From Candidatus Micrarchaeia archaeon (GTDB taxonomy: Archaea; Micrarchaeota; Micrarchaeia; Burarchaeales; JACRGF01), in the NCBI GenBank assembly GCA_038870455.1, contig JAWCPB010000009.1, positions 1 to 31,350 on the forward strand: DNA of 31,350 bases, given 5' to 3'. The notes below the pieces were generated by a model. That model saw only the letters and a list, made by a program, of their open reading frames with translations, made no database searches and was not told the DNA's origin. Made by a program: the position numbers and the translations under genes. Below, in pieces: positions 1-8,392 of this stretch (the first letter of the stretch is position 1; each line of letters opens with the position of its first letter).

Positions 1-216
1 ACCCCGTACGTGGTCAGCGGAGATGCATGCATCGCATCCGCAGGAAACTACTCGCTGGCCGACTGCCTGCGCTCCTCTTCATCCACCTACTCGTTTTTCC
101 TCGCCTCCGGCTCCTCCCCGCCAGTATACTTCGCCCGCCGCGCGCTCGTTTTCGTTCCCGAAAACTATTCGGACGCGTGCAGGATAACCGTCAGGCGCGG
201 CAACTCGACCGGGTGA
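1..216 (+). CDS. 3' end of a hypothetical, probably secreted protein (truncated by the window start)
   Basis: Frame 1 is open from base 1 to TGA at 214-216, 4 nt before the next ATG. The peptide has three N-x-S/T sequons (NYS, NYS, NST) and three Cys. Confidence 0.55.
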   Translation, partial: TPYVVSGDACIASAGNYSLADCLRSSSSTYSFFLASGSSPPVYFARRALVFVPENYSDACRITVRRGNSTG

Positions 217-220
217 GAGC

Positions 221-964
221 ATGAGGACGCCGCTCGCGATTGCCGCAATAGCTCTTGCCCTTCTCCTGCTCGGATGCCCGCAGGCGAGGAGGGCGAAAGC
301 CGGCGACACCGTCGTTGTCGATTACACCCTGCGCTTGGCCAACGGCTCTTTCATTGACGCGAGCAATGCGTCGGCCGCCCAGGCGCTCGGAATTTTTGAC
401 CCAGAGCGCCTCTACCAGCCCGTCCGGACTAGGATCGGAAGCGGCGGCCTCATAGTGGGCTTCGAAGATGCGCTGGTCGGCATGGCCGAGGGCGAGAGCA
501 AGGAAGTGGCGGTTCCGCCCGAAAGGGCTTACGGCGAGTGGAGGCCCGAGCTCGTGCGCCGCATTCCACGGGAATACAACCTCTCGAGGACAGACACCAT
601 CGACCTGCCCGTCTTTCTCGCAAAGTACGGCAACAGGAGCGCGGGCGACGTCATCCTCCTGCCCAACTGGAACGCCACGGTGCTCGAGGTGAGCGACACG
701 GGCGTCGCAATCCGCCACAATCCACGCCTCAACCAGCTAATCCCTTTCGAGCCTTTTCCCCAGCGCGTGGTCTTCATCGGGGATGACTACATCACCATGC
801 GGCACGAGGCGGCAGTGGGCGATGTCGGCAAGTTCCTCAACGCCAGCGGCCTGACGAAGTTGAGGGTCATCGCGGCCGACGAGCAATTCCTCACGGTCGA
901 TGCGAACCATGAGCTCGCGGGCCAGACGCTGGTCTTCAACATAACGCTTCTGAAAATAGAGTAA
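221..964 (+). CDS. FKBP-type peptidyl-prolyl cis-trans isomerase (SlyD/archaeal type) with a lipoprotein signal peptide
   Basis: Motifs GDTVVVDYT, GLIVGFEDALVGM, VPPERAYG and VDANHELAGQTLVFNI. The hydrophobic N-terminus ends in the lipobox LLGC. Confidence 0.92.
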   Translation: MRTPLAIAAIALALLLLGCPQARRAKAGDTVVVDYTLRLANGSFIDASNASAAQALGIFDPERLYQPVRTRIGSGGLIVGFEDALVGMAEGESKEVAVPPERAYGEWRPELVRRIPREYNLSRTDTIDLPVFLAKYGNRSAGDVILLPNWNATVLEVSDTGVAIRHNPRLNQLIPFEPFPQRVVFIGDDYITMRHEAAVGDVGKFLNASGLTKLRVIAADEQFLTVDANHELAGQTLVFNITLLKIE

Positions 965-967
965 TCG

Positions 968-2179
968 CTATTTGTACCTGAGGAACGCCCCAACCCCGTA
1001 GAATCCTTTCAGGAACTGCACGCCCTCGGCCGTGTCAGTGCTTATCATTTCTATGGGGATGTCTTTTTCTTCCGCGAGAGCCACGAGCTCCTCTCCGATG
1101 TTCACGGCCTCTTTGACCTCGAGCTTTCCCCCGCACGCGTGCGCCTCCTCCTTTTCCTCGGTCGTTATTCTCTCGACTTCCTGTCCGCAGTTGCTGCACT
1201 TCATCTTCACTCTCTTGAGCTCGAGTCCCTCGCTGACGAGCAGGAGCTCCGCCTTGCCGCTCTGCAGCGCCTCCCTCACTTCCTTCTCCCCGTAAGTCGC
1301 CAGCCCCTCGCCAGTGACTTCTTTCATGAACCTGTCCAAAAGCGCTTTCTCTTTGATCAACTCCTGTTCCGCGATGATCTCCCCGCTTTTCTCGAGCACT
1401 TCCCTCAGCCCGTACTCGTCGGTATAGCCCGTGTCGACCACGCCAAGGATTTTGAGCTGGTAGTTGAACGGCCTTGCCTTGAGAAAGCTGTCCTTGGCCG
1501 GGCCCGGCCCGCCGACGATTATCCCCTTCAGGTTCTGCACGCCGAGAAAAGCCTCGTCCATGGACTCGCCCACCCGCTTGTAATACGTCTCGATCTCCTC
1601 CTCAATGATGCGCTGGTAACGCCTTGCGCTCTGACCGCCCTTGCCGTGCAGCTTGGCGTGCGCCATCGAGTGCAGTCTCTTGACGACTCTCGTGGTCTTT
1701 CCGGTCAGCAGCGCGATTGTCGCATCCCGGCCGTCCAGGACGACAAGCCCGTACGCTTCTTTCGCGGCCAGCATGCCCTCGAGGGGCTCGAGCACGAAAG
1801 CCGAGTCGCATCGGTAGAACTGCACTCCCAGCGGCTCGGGCGGGACTATCGCGAACAGCCTCACGTCCGGCTTTCCCTCCACTTTGGACACGTTCCCGCA
1901 GAAAACCGCCATGCCGTTGGCGGGCGGCTCCCTGTACATCTTGAGGTGGCCCATGATTTTCTCGAGTGCCGCCTGCACGTTGGTTCTCGTGCTCTTGCTC
2001 TTTATGTTGCCCGCCTGTCCGTACTCCTCCCGGAGCTTTCCGGTCACCTCAGCGAGGGGGTACTTTGGCGGAATGTACAGCGATATCAGTTCCGTGCCGC
2101 TTCCCCTCAGTCCCTTCAGGAACTTGAGCTGCTTGCGGAGCTCAAAGAGCTCCTTGCTTTTCTCAACCACCGGCATCAC
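968..2179 (-). CDS. prf1: Peptide chain release factor aRF1
   Basis: GTELISLYIPP, NIKS motif (GNIKSKSTR), YRCD, GGQS (KGGQSARRY) and C-terminal GVGAFLRY. Confidence 0.98.
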   Translation of the reverse strand: MMPVVEKSKELFELRKQLKFLKGLRGSGTELISLYIPPKYPLAEVTGKLREEYGQAGNIKSKSTRTNVQAALEKIMGHLKMYREPPANGMAVFCGNVSKVEGKPDVRLFAIVPPEPLGVQFYRCDSAFVLEPLEGMLAAKEAYGLVVLDGRDATIALLTGKTTRVVKRLHSMAHAKLHGKGGQSARRYQRIIEEEIETYYKRVGESMDEAFLGVQNLKGIIVGGPGPAKDSFLKARPFNYQLKILGVVDTGYTDEYGLREVLEKSGEIIAEQELIKEKALLDRFMKEVTGEGLATYGEKEVREALQSGKAELLLVSEGLELKRVKMKCSNCGQEVERITTEEKEEAHACGGKLEVKEAVNIGEELVALAEEKDIPIEMISTDTAEGVQFLKGFYGVGAFLRYK

Positions 2180-3300
2180 AGGACGAGCGGTTCTCCAGTT
2201 TTCGCGTCGTAGAAACGCACCTCGCCATTATCGAGGTTGTAGAGCGCCGTTGCGACCTGCAGCCTTCCCTCCCCGACCATCTGGCGCAGGAACGGGCTGG
2301 CCGAAAGATACCGTTCGAGCTGGTGCCGCGCGTTGTTCTTTATCGAGTTGTCCATGCTTGCCGCGTCAACCGCGGGCTTTATCGCCTCCACCAGCGAGCC
2401 GATGGGCGTGCCCGGGTCAGGCGTCTTCCCCTCCTCCAGCGCGCGATGCGTTTCCTTCACCGCCCCGCAGCCCGTGTGCCCCATGACCACCAGCAGCCTT
2501 GCGCCGTTTTTCCTCACCGAGTGCTCAACCGAGGCCAGCAGCGTGGGGCTGAAGACGTTTCCGGCAACCTTGAGCGTTGCCACCGCGCCCAGCGGCTGGT
2601 CGAACACTATGTCGGACACGCGCGAGTCGCTGCACGTCACCAGCACGGTGTGCGGGTTTTTCTCCACCTGCAGCTCGCCTGCCCCAAGCTTGCGCAGGAA
2701 CTCGCGGTTTCCGTCCAACAGTCGCCGCACCAGTTCCTGCGGCGCGTTCTTCGCATCAATGAAATGCACTTCCCCTGTCGCGTCGTCGTACATCGCCACG
2801 CCTGTCTTAACTTTCTTGCGCAGCACCTCGCTCTGCGCCAGCATGCTCCTCAGCTGTTCGCGCGCGTTTTTCTCCGCTGCCCTGCGCAGCTCCTCACCTC
2901 TCCTCACCCTCTCAACGGCCTTGCAGTCGTAGTGGCCCACCGCGAGCAGAAACCTGCTTCCCAGGTGCTCCGCCGCGTACTCCGCCGAGCCCAGCAGCGT
3001 CCTGTCGGCGCTCAAGCCCGCAGCATGCAGCCCGAAGACCTCGCCCAGCTGCGCGTTGAATATCCTGTTCGGGCTCATCTTGGCGTTGCTGCACGTGAGC
3101 ATCACCGTGTGCGGCCGCTGTCCCTTCTTCAGCTCCTCAGGCAGGCCGGGAAAAACCGCCTGCCTGAACCGCCCGTTTCCTTCAGCAAGCACTCTCAACA
3201 GCTCCATCCTCTTTCCCTCACCCAAGCGCCTTGCCTTTTCCAGCGCCCTGGCTATGTCCGCTCTGCCAGTTGTTTTTTCCACACTCACCCTTCTCAGCAC
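2176..3300 (-). CDS. Beta-class carbonic anhydrase with two tandem CA domains
   Basis: Two repeats of the beta-CA fold: TCSNAK...GHYDCKAV and TCSDSR...GHTGCGAV. Both end in Y-x-x-x-x-GEV-x-F. GTG start. Confidence 0.92.
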   Translation of the reverse strand: MLRRVSVEKTTGRADIARALEKARRLGEGKRMELLRVLAEGNGRFRQAVFPGLPEELKKGQRPHTVMLTCSNAKMSPNRIFNAQLGEVFGLHAAGLSADRTLLGSAEYAAEHLGSRFLLAVGHYDCKAVERVRRGEELRRAAEKNAREQLRSMLAQSEVLRKKVKTGVAMYDDATGEVHFIDAKNAPQELVRRLLDGNREFLRKLGAGELQVEKNPHTVLVTCSDSRVSDIVFDQPLGAVATLKVAGNVFSPTLLASVEHSVRKNGARLLVVMGHTGCGAVKETHRALEEGKTPDPGTPIGSLVEAIKPAVDAASMDNSIKNNARHQLERYLSASPFLRQMVGEGRLQVATALYNLDNGEVRFYDAKTGEPLVL

Positions 3301-3340
3301 GCGCCAATTTTTACGGGTGAGAATTTAAGAAATGCGCGTT

Positions 3341-4597
3341 TTACGCGATTTCGGTAATCTCGCCCATGTACTTCCTGAGCGCGTCCGGCACGGTAATGCT
3401 TCCATCCTCGTTCTGGAAATTCTCCATTATCGCGATGACCGCCCTCCCGACAGCCACGCCGCTTCCGTTCAGCGTGTGCACGAACTCTGGCTTTCCCTTT
3501 CTCCAGAAGCGCGTGCCCATCCTCCTCGCCTGGAAGTCAGTGCAGTTGCTGATGGAAGAGATTTCCCTGTATGTGCGCTGGCTCGGAATCCACACCTCAA
3601 GGTCGAATGTTTTCGCGCTCGCGAACCCCAAATCAGAAGCACACAGCTCAACCACCCGATATGGAAGCCCGAGCCTCTTGAGAGTCTCCTCCGCATCCGC
3701 CACCATCCTCTCCAGCTCGCTGTAGCTTTCCTCCGGCTTGGTTATCTTCACAAGCTCGACCTTGTCGAACTGGTGCTGCCTCAGCATGCCCTTGATGTCT
3801 TTGCCGTACGCGCCCGCCTCCCTCCTGAAGCAGGGCGTGAAAGCGCAGTAGTTGAGCGGAAGCACTTTCTCCTCAAGAATCTCGCCCGCATGAAGGTTTG
3901 TCAGCGTCACCTCCGCGGTCGGAATGAGGTAAAGCCCGTCCCTCTCGCACTTGTAGAGCTCTTCCTCGAACTTCGGCAGCTGGCCCGTTCCCTGCATGGT
4001 CTTCTGATTCACCAGATACGGCGTCCAGTGCTCGATGTATCCTCTCTCAGTCGCCACATCAAGAAAGAAGGCGGTCACCGCCCTCTCCAGCCTCGCCAGC
4101 TTCCCCCGCATGACGCAGAAGCGGTGGCCCGCAAGCTTCGCCCCCTTATCGAAATTCAGCATGCCGAGCTTTTCTCCAAGCTCATAGTGCGCTTTTGGCT
4201 CGAAATCGAATTCCGATGGTTTCCCCTGCCTCCTCACCTCCACGTTTTCCTTCCCAACCGGCACGCTGGCGTGAGGGATGTTTGGAATAACAAGCAGCAG
4301 CGCTTCCTCCCTCGCCTCGAGCTCCTTCACCTCCGCCTCGAGCGCGGCAATTCTTTTTGGCAAGTCGGCGAGCTCCTTGAGCTTCGCGTCCGCCTTGCCT
4401 CCTTTCTTCTTTATTTCCGCTATCTCCAAGGAAATCCTGTTCTTGCTGGCCTTGAGCGCGTCAAGCTCGGCCTTCTTTTTTCGCCATTCTTCGTCGAGCC
4501 CGAGCAGTTGGTCCGCGAGCGCGACCTCGGCTCCCCTCTTGGCCAGCGCATCCCGCAGGCTCTGCGGGTTCGCGCGAATCGCTTTAATGTCGAGCAT
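3341..4597 (-). CDS. serS: Seryl-tRNA synthetase (bacterial/eukaryal type)
   Basis: MLDIKAIRAN start, coiled-coil arm, LIPTAEV, FRREAG, RQHQFDKVE, EISSISNCTDFQARR and HTLNGSG. Confidence 0.98.
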   Translation of the reverse strand: MLDIKAIRANPQSLRDALAKRGAEVALADQLLGLDEEWRKKKAELDALKASKNRISLEIAEIKKKGGKADAKLKELADLPKRIAALEAEVKELEAREEALLLVIPNIPHASVPVGKENVEVRRQGKPSEFDFEPKAHYELGEKLGMLNFDKGAKLAGHRFCVMRGKLARLERAVTAFFLDVATERGYIEHWTPYLVNQKTMQGTGQLPKFEEELYKCERDGLYLIPTAEVTLTNLHAGEILEEKVLPLNYCAFTPCFRREAGAYGKDIKGMLRQHQFDKVELVKITKPEESYSELERMVADAEETLKRLGLPYRVVELCASDLGFASAKTFDLEVWIPSQRTYREISSISNCTDFQARRMGTRFWRKGKPEFVHTLNGSGVAVGRAVIAIMENFQNEDGSITVPDALRKYMGEITEIA

Positions 4598-4649
4598 TCT
4601 ATTCTCCTCTTGCTTCCGCTGTATTGCGTTGAAGGCTTTAAAACCCCTC

Positions 4650-5546
4650 TCAGCCAGCCTCGCCCTTGAAGAAATCCTTGAGCCGCTCGACGAGCTCCTT
4701 GCCTATTCTGACCTGCGCTTCCTTGCTGCTTGCGCCCAGGTGGCCGGTGAGGATGAGGTTGGGCGTGGCCAGCAGCTCGCCCCCGGGCGGCTCCTTTGTA
4801 GTCACATCGAGCGCAGCGCCAGCGATTTTTCCTTCCTTGAGCGCGGCGATGAGCGCGGCCTCATCGACAACAGCCCCCCTGGCTAGGTTGATGAGATAGG
4901 CGGTCTTCTTCATCTTGGCGATTGCCTGCGCGTTGATGAGGCCTCTTGTCTCTGGAGTCAGTGCAACGTGAAGCGAGATGACGTCAGAGGTCGCAAGCAG
5001 CTCGTCAAGTGAAACCAGCCTGACGCCCGCCTCCACTTCCTTCACATACGGGTCATAGGCGATCACTTTCATTCCCAGTGCGAGCGCCCTCTTTGCAACC
5101 TCCTTTCCAATCCTCCCATAGCCAACTATCCCAAGCGTTTTTCCGCCGATCTCCCGGCCGGTCAGCGCCTTCTTGTCAAAAGTGCCCTGCAGCAGGCCCA
5201 CATGCGCTTTCACGACATTGCGGAGGCCGCAGATCATGAGGCCTATGGCCAGCTCGGCCACGGCAGGGCTCGAGGCGTTCGGCGTGTTGATGACTTTAAT
5301 GCCCTTTGCCTCGCACGCCTTTACATCAACATTGTCGAGGCCCACGCCCGCCCTGGCAACCAGCCTGAGCTTGCTCGCGTTCGCAATCAGCTCGCTGGTC
5401 ACCCGCGTCTTGCTCCTCACAATGAGCACCTCGGCGTTCGCGAGCGCTGTCTTCAGGTCGGCGGGCTTGTTTTCCACTTCGCCGAGCTTCTTGATATCCT
5501 CGACTACTTCGGGCTCCATGTCGTCCGCGATGACGATTTTCATCAT
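4650..5546 (-). CDS. serA: D-3-phosphoglycerate dehydrogenase-like 2-hydroxyacid dehydrogenase (short form, no ACT domain)
   Basis: RAGVGLDNVD, NTPNA, GIVGYGRIG, NLARG, LDV...EPP and HLGASSKEAQ. It lies between an aminotransferase and serS. Confidence 0.85.
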   Translation of the reverse strand: MMKIVIADDMEPEVVEDIKKLGEVENKPADLKTALANAEVLIVRSKTRVTSELIANASKLRLVARAGVGLDNVDVKACEAKGIKVINTPNASSPAVAELAIGLMICGLRNVVKAHVGLLQGTFDKKALTGREIGGKTLGIVGYGRIGKEVAKRALALGMKVIAYDPYVKEVEAGVRLVSLDELLATSDVISLHVALTPETRGLINAQAIAKMKKTAYLINLARGAVVDEAALIAALKEGKIAGAALDVTTKEPPGGELLATPNLILTGHLGASSKEAQVRIGKELVERLKDFFKGEAG

Positions 5547-5552
5547 CCCACC

Positions 5553-6611
5553 TCACAACCCAAGAATCTTGTCTATTCGCTCGAGCAGGTCCTTGATGTC
5601 AGCCAGCGTCGTCTCGGCCATGTGCGCAATCCTGAAGGTGACGTCCTTTATCTTCCCGTATCCGTTGGAGATCATCATGCCCTGCGCCTTGAGCTTTTCG
5701 TTCAGCTCGCCGACGTTGATGCCGCGCGTGTTTTTGATCACGGTGAGCGTGTTGCTCTCGTAGCCGGGCTCCGGATACAGGTCGAAGTTTTTCTTGGCCC
5801 ACGCGCGCACGTAGTTCGCCATCTCGAGCCTCTCCGCGTACCTTTTCTCCAGCCCGCGGGCGAGGAGCCTGGCCAGCTGGTGATTGACCGCGAAGAGCAG
5901 CGACACCGCGGGCGTTGCGGGAGTGTTGTTCTTCTGGTTGTACTTGTCCATGTTGATGAAGTCGAAGTATTCCCCCCTGTTCGGCACGCTCTCGGCTCGC
6001 TTCATCGCGCGGTCGCTCACCGCGCAGAAGGCCAGGCCGGGCGGCAGGCCCAGGTCCTTCTGGGTTCCGAAGAGGCACACGTCAATGCCCCACTCATCAA
6101 CAGGGATTTTGACCCCTCCCATCGAGCTGACCGTATCAACGCACAGCAGCACGTCCGGGTATCGCCTGACGACGTCGGCGATTTCCTTCACCGGATTCAT
6201 CACACCGGTGCTCGTCTCATTGTGCACAACCGCCACCACGTCGTACTCGCCGGTCGCCAGCCTCTCGGCCAGGCCATCGGGTTTGTTCGCCTTTCCCCAC
6301 TCGACAGCAACCGCGTCGGCCTGCTTGCCGTTGTTCTGGAAAATCCTGTGCCATCGCTCGGAAAAAGCCCCGCAGGCGAGCACGAGCGCCTTTTTTGCGA
6401 CGAGGTTCCGCGCGCACGCCTCCATTATCCCGGTTGAAGACGAAGTGAATATGAACACCCTGTTCTTGGTGTACATGAGCTGCTGGAGCTTGGAAACCAC
6501 TTCGGCGTGCAGCGCCGCGTATTCCTTGCTGCGGTGGCCTATCATGGGCCTGCACATTTCCCTGTAATTCTCTTCCGCGACGGTGACAGGTCCAGGAATA
6601 AAGAGCTTCAC
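5553..6611 (-). CDS. Class V PLP-dependent aminotransferase (AGT/serine-pyruvate family), probable phosphoserine aminotransferase
   Basis: LFIPGPV, IGHRS, VHNETSTGV, VDTVSS, GTQK (PLP lysine) followed by LPPGL, and FRIAHM. GTG start, adjacent to serA. Confidence 0.9.
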   Translation of the reverse strand: MKLFIPGPVTVAEENYREMCRPMIGHRSKEYAALHAEVVSKLQQLMYTKNRVFIFTSSSTGIMEACARNLVAKKALVLACGAFSERWHRIFQNNGKQADAVAVEWGKANKPDGLAERLATGEYDVVAVVHNETSTGVMNPVKEIADVVRRYPDVLLCVDTVSSMGGVKIPVDEWGIDVCLFGTQKDLGLPPGLAFCAVSDRAMKRAESVPNRGEYFDFINMDKYNQKNNTPATPAVSLLFAVNHQLARLLARGLEKRYAERLEMANYVRAWAKKNFDLYPEPGYESNTLTVIKNTRGINVGELNEKLKAQGMMISNGYGKIKDVTFRIAHMAETTLADIKDLLERIDKILGL

Positions 6612-6653
6612 GCAAACACCCCCATCAGTCCCTTGTTTTTGAAGCTTTTAAAA

Positions 6654-7217
6654 TTACCCGTGCCTCAGGAGCTCGCTTCTCGCCTGCTCGACCTGCGCTC
6701 TCGCAACATCCTGCTTTCGCCTGAAGCCCGGCAGGAGCGACTCGCTGAAGCGGATGGGCAGCAGCGCCTCGTAAATGCCGTTCATGAGCTCGAACATCCT
6801 CTCCGCCTTCCGTTTGTCGCCTTTCTTGAGCGCCTCGAGCATCTCGCGCCTCAGCTCCCCCACGCAGTCCAGCAGGCCAAGGAGGTATTTCTCGAAAGGC
6901 ACGCCGAGCTCCTTGAAGTCGGGCACTTTTTTTCCCTGAATGAGGAGAAGCAGCACCTTCGCCTCGGCGTACTCCTGCTGGGAAGTGGAAAGAACGTGCT
7001 CGAATCCCTCGCTTATCCCCTTCGTTTTCTCCAACAGCTTCTCCACTTCAGACAGCCTTTTCTCCGCTTCCTCGATCTCGCCTGCGTGAATGTGTTTTAT
7101 GCACACGCTGCATCCGCGCACTATCTCGCGCGTTTCCCGCAGCAGCTCGTCCTGCGCCTTCTCCCTCCTCCGCAGCTCTGCGATGACTTCCTCAACGCCT
7201 TTCTCCAGCTCTTTCAT
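6654..7217 (-). CDS. Translin/Trax (C3PO) family protein
   Basis: All-helical 187-aa protein with REIVR, QEYAEA, YLLGLLDCVGELRR and RRKQDVAR, typical of archaeal translin-family proteins. Confidence 0.9.
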   Translation of the reverse strand: MKELEKGVEEVIAELRRREKAQDELLRETREIVRGCSVCIKHIHAGEIEEAEKRLSEVEKLLEKTKGISEGFEHVLSTSQQEYAEAKVLLLLIQGKKVPDFKELGVPFEKYLLGLLDCVGELRREMLEALKKGDKRKAERMFELMNGIYEALLPIRFSESLLPGFRRKQDVARAQVEQARSELLRHG

Positions 7218-7238
7218 GAGGATAGTTGGTCGAATAGG

Positions 7239-7246
7239 TTTATAAA
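7239..7246. promoter_or_regulatory. Probable TATA box serving the divergent translin and pyrH genes
   Basis: Self-complementary TTTATAAA in the 64-bp divergent spacer, about 22 nt from the translin ATG and about 35 nt from the pyrH ATG. Confidence 0.55.
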
Positions 7247-7281
7247 ATCCGAGTGCAAATCAGGTTCCGGGAGGTTTTCAG

Positions 7282-7959
7282 ATGGTCGTCCTGTCGATAG
7301 GCGGCTCGCTCATCAACCCCGGAGAGCCTGACGTCGTCTTCCTCCAGAACATGGCGAGGCTTCTGCGGAGGGTGAGCAAAAGGCACCCGGTTGCGATTGT
7401 TGCGGGCGGGGGCGTCGTCGCCCGCCAGTACGCCGAGGCCATGCGCAAGGTGGGCGGCAGCGAGTTCGAGGCCGACGAGGCGGCGATTCTCAGCACGCGC
7501 CAGAACGCCATGTTGCTCATCGCGGCGCTGAACGGCGCGGCCTACCCCAAGGTGCCGCTTGACTTTGACGAGGCGAGCAGGGCGAGCCTCTCCCACAGGA
7601 TAGTCATCATGGGGGGCACGATTCCGGGAATAACGACCGACACGGACGCCGCCCTTCTCGCCGAAAAACTGCACGCCTCCCGCTTGGTGAACCTCAGCAA
7701 CATCGACGCAATCTATTCCGGTGACCCGAAGCGCGACAAGCGCGCGAGGAGATTCACCCAGCTCTCCTATGACAAGCTCATCGAGCTCGCGAGCGCCGCG
7801 GACAAGCGGAGGGCCGGCACGAACTTCGTCTTTGACCTGCTCGCGTGCAAGATAATCGCGCGCTCGGGCATCGAGACGCACTTCGTGCACGGCAGGGACT
7901 TGGAGAGCGTCGAGCGTGCCATCGACGGCCTCAAGCACAAGGGAACCGTGGTCAGGTAA
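7282..7959 (+). CDS. pyrH: UMP kinase (archaeal type)
   Basis: VLSIGGS, IVAGGGVVARQY, MGGTIPGITTD, NIDAIYSGDPK, FDLLACKIIARS and C-terminal GTVV. Confidence 0.96.
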   Translation: MVVLSIGGSLINPGEPDVVFLQNMARLLRRVSKRHPVAIVAGGGVVARQYAEAMRKVGGSEFEADEAAILSTRQNAMLLIAALNGAAYPKVPLDFDEASRASLSHRIVIMGGTIPGITTDTDAALLAEKLHASRLVNLSNIDAIYSGDPKRDKRARRFTQLSYDKLIELASAADKRRAGTNFVFDLLACKIIARSGIETHFVHGRDLESVERAIDGLKHKGTVVR

Positions 7960-8392
7960 TCGAGACGGCGAGCCTCGTCCCTTCGCTCGCGTTATGCGCC
8001 GCGGCCGTTCCGGCATTCGCCTCCAGCACAAACGCATACGGGCTCTTTGGCTGATAGCGAGGGCATGGATCAGCCGTGCAGGGGACCGCACGCGAAATGC
8101 TGGCGATCGAGTAATCCTCACCCATGAAAATGATGTCCAGCGGAATTCTCGTGTTTTTCATCCAGAACGGCGTGGTGGAGTTCGCAGGCATGACGAAAAG
8201 CATGCCTCTGTCGGCAGCCAGGCTCTCGCGCCACATGAGTCCGGTCTGAATCTCCTGCGGAGTCTCCGCGACCTCGCAGGCAATGCGAAACCCATCCGGA
8301 AAAACGACTGCGCAGTGCTCTGCCTGGGGCTGGGCGCAGCCTGATAGAAAAATGAAAAAGAGAAGAAAGACGGGGGCTTTCAGGATTTTCAC
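7952..8392 (-). CDS. DUF192 family lipoprotein
   Basis: Lipobox LSGC, then EVAETP...[25 protein letters not shown]...CP.Y and VLEANAG. Confidence 0.92.
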   Translation of the reverse strand: MKILKAPVFLLFFIFLSGCAQPQAEHCAVVFPDGFRIACEVAETPQEIQTGLMWRESLAADRGMLFVMPANSTTPFWMKNTRIPLDIIFMGEDYSIASISRAVPCTADPCPRYQPKSPYAFVLEANAGTAAAHNASEGTRLAVSIT

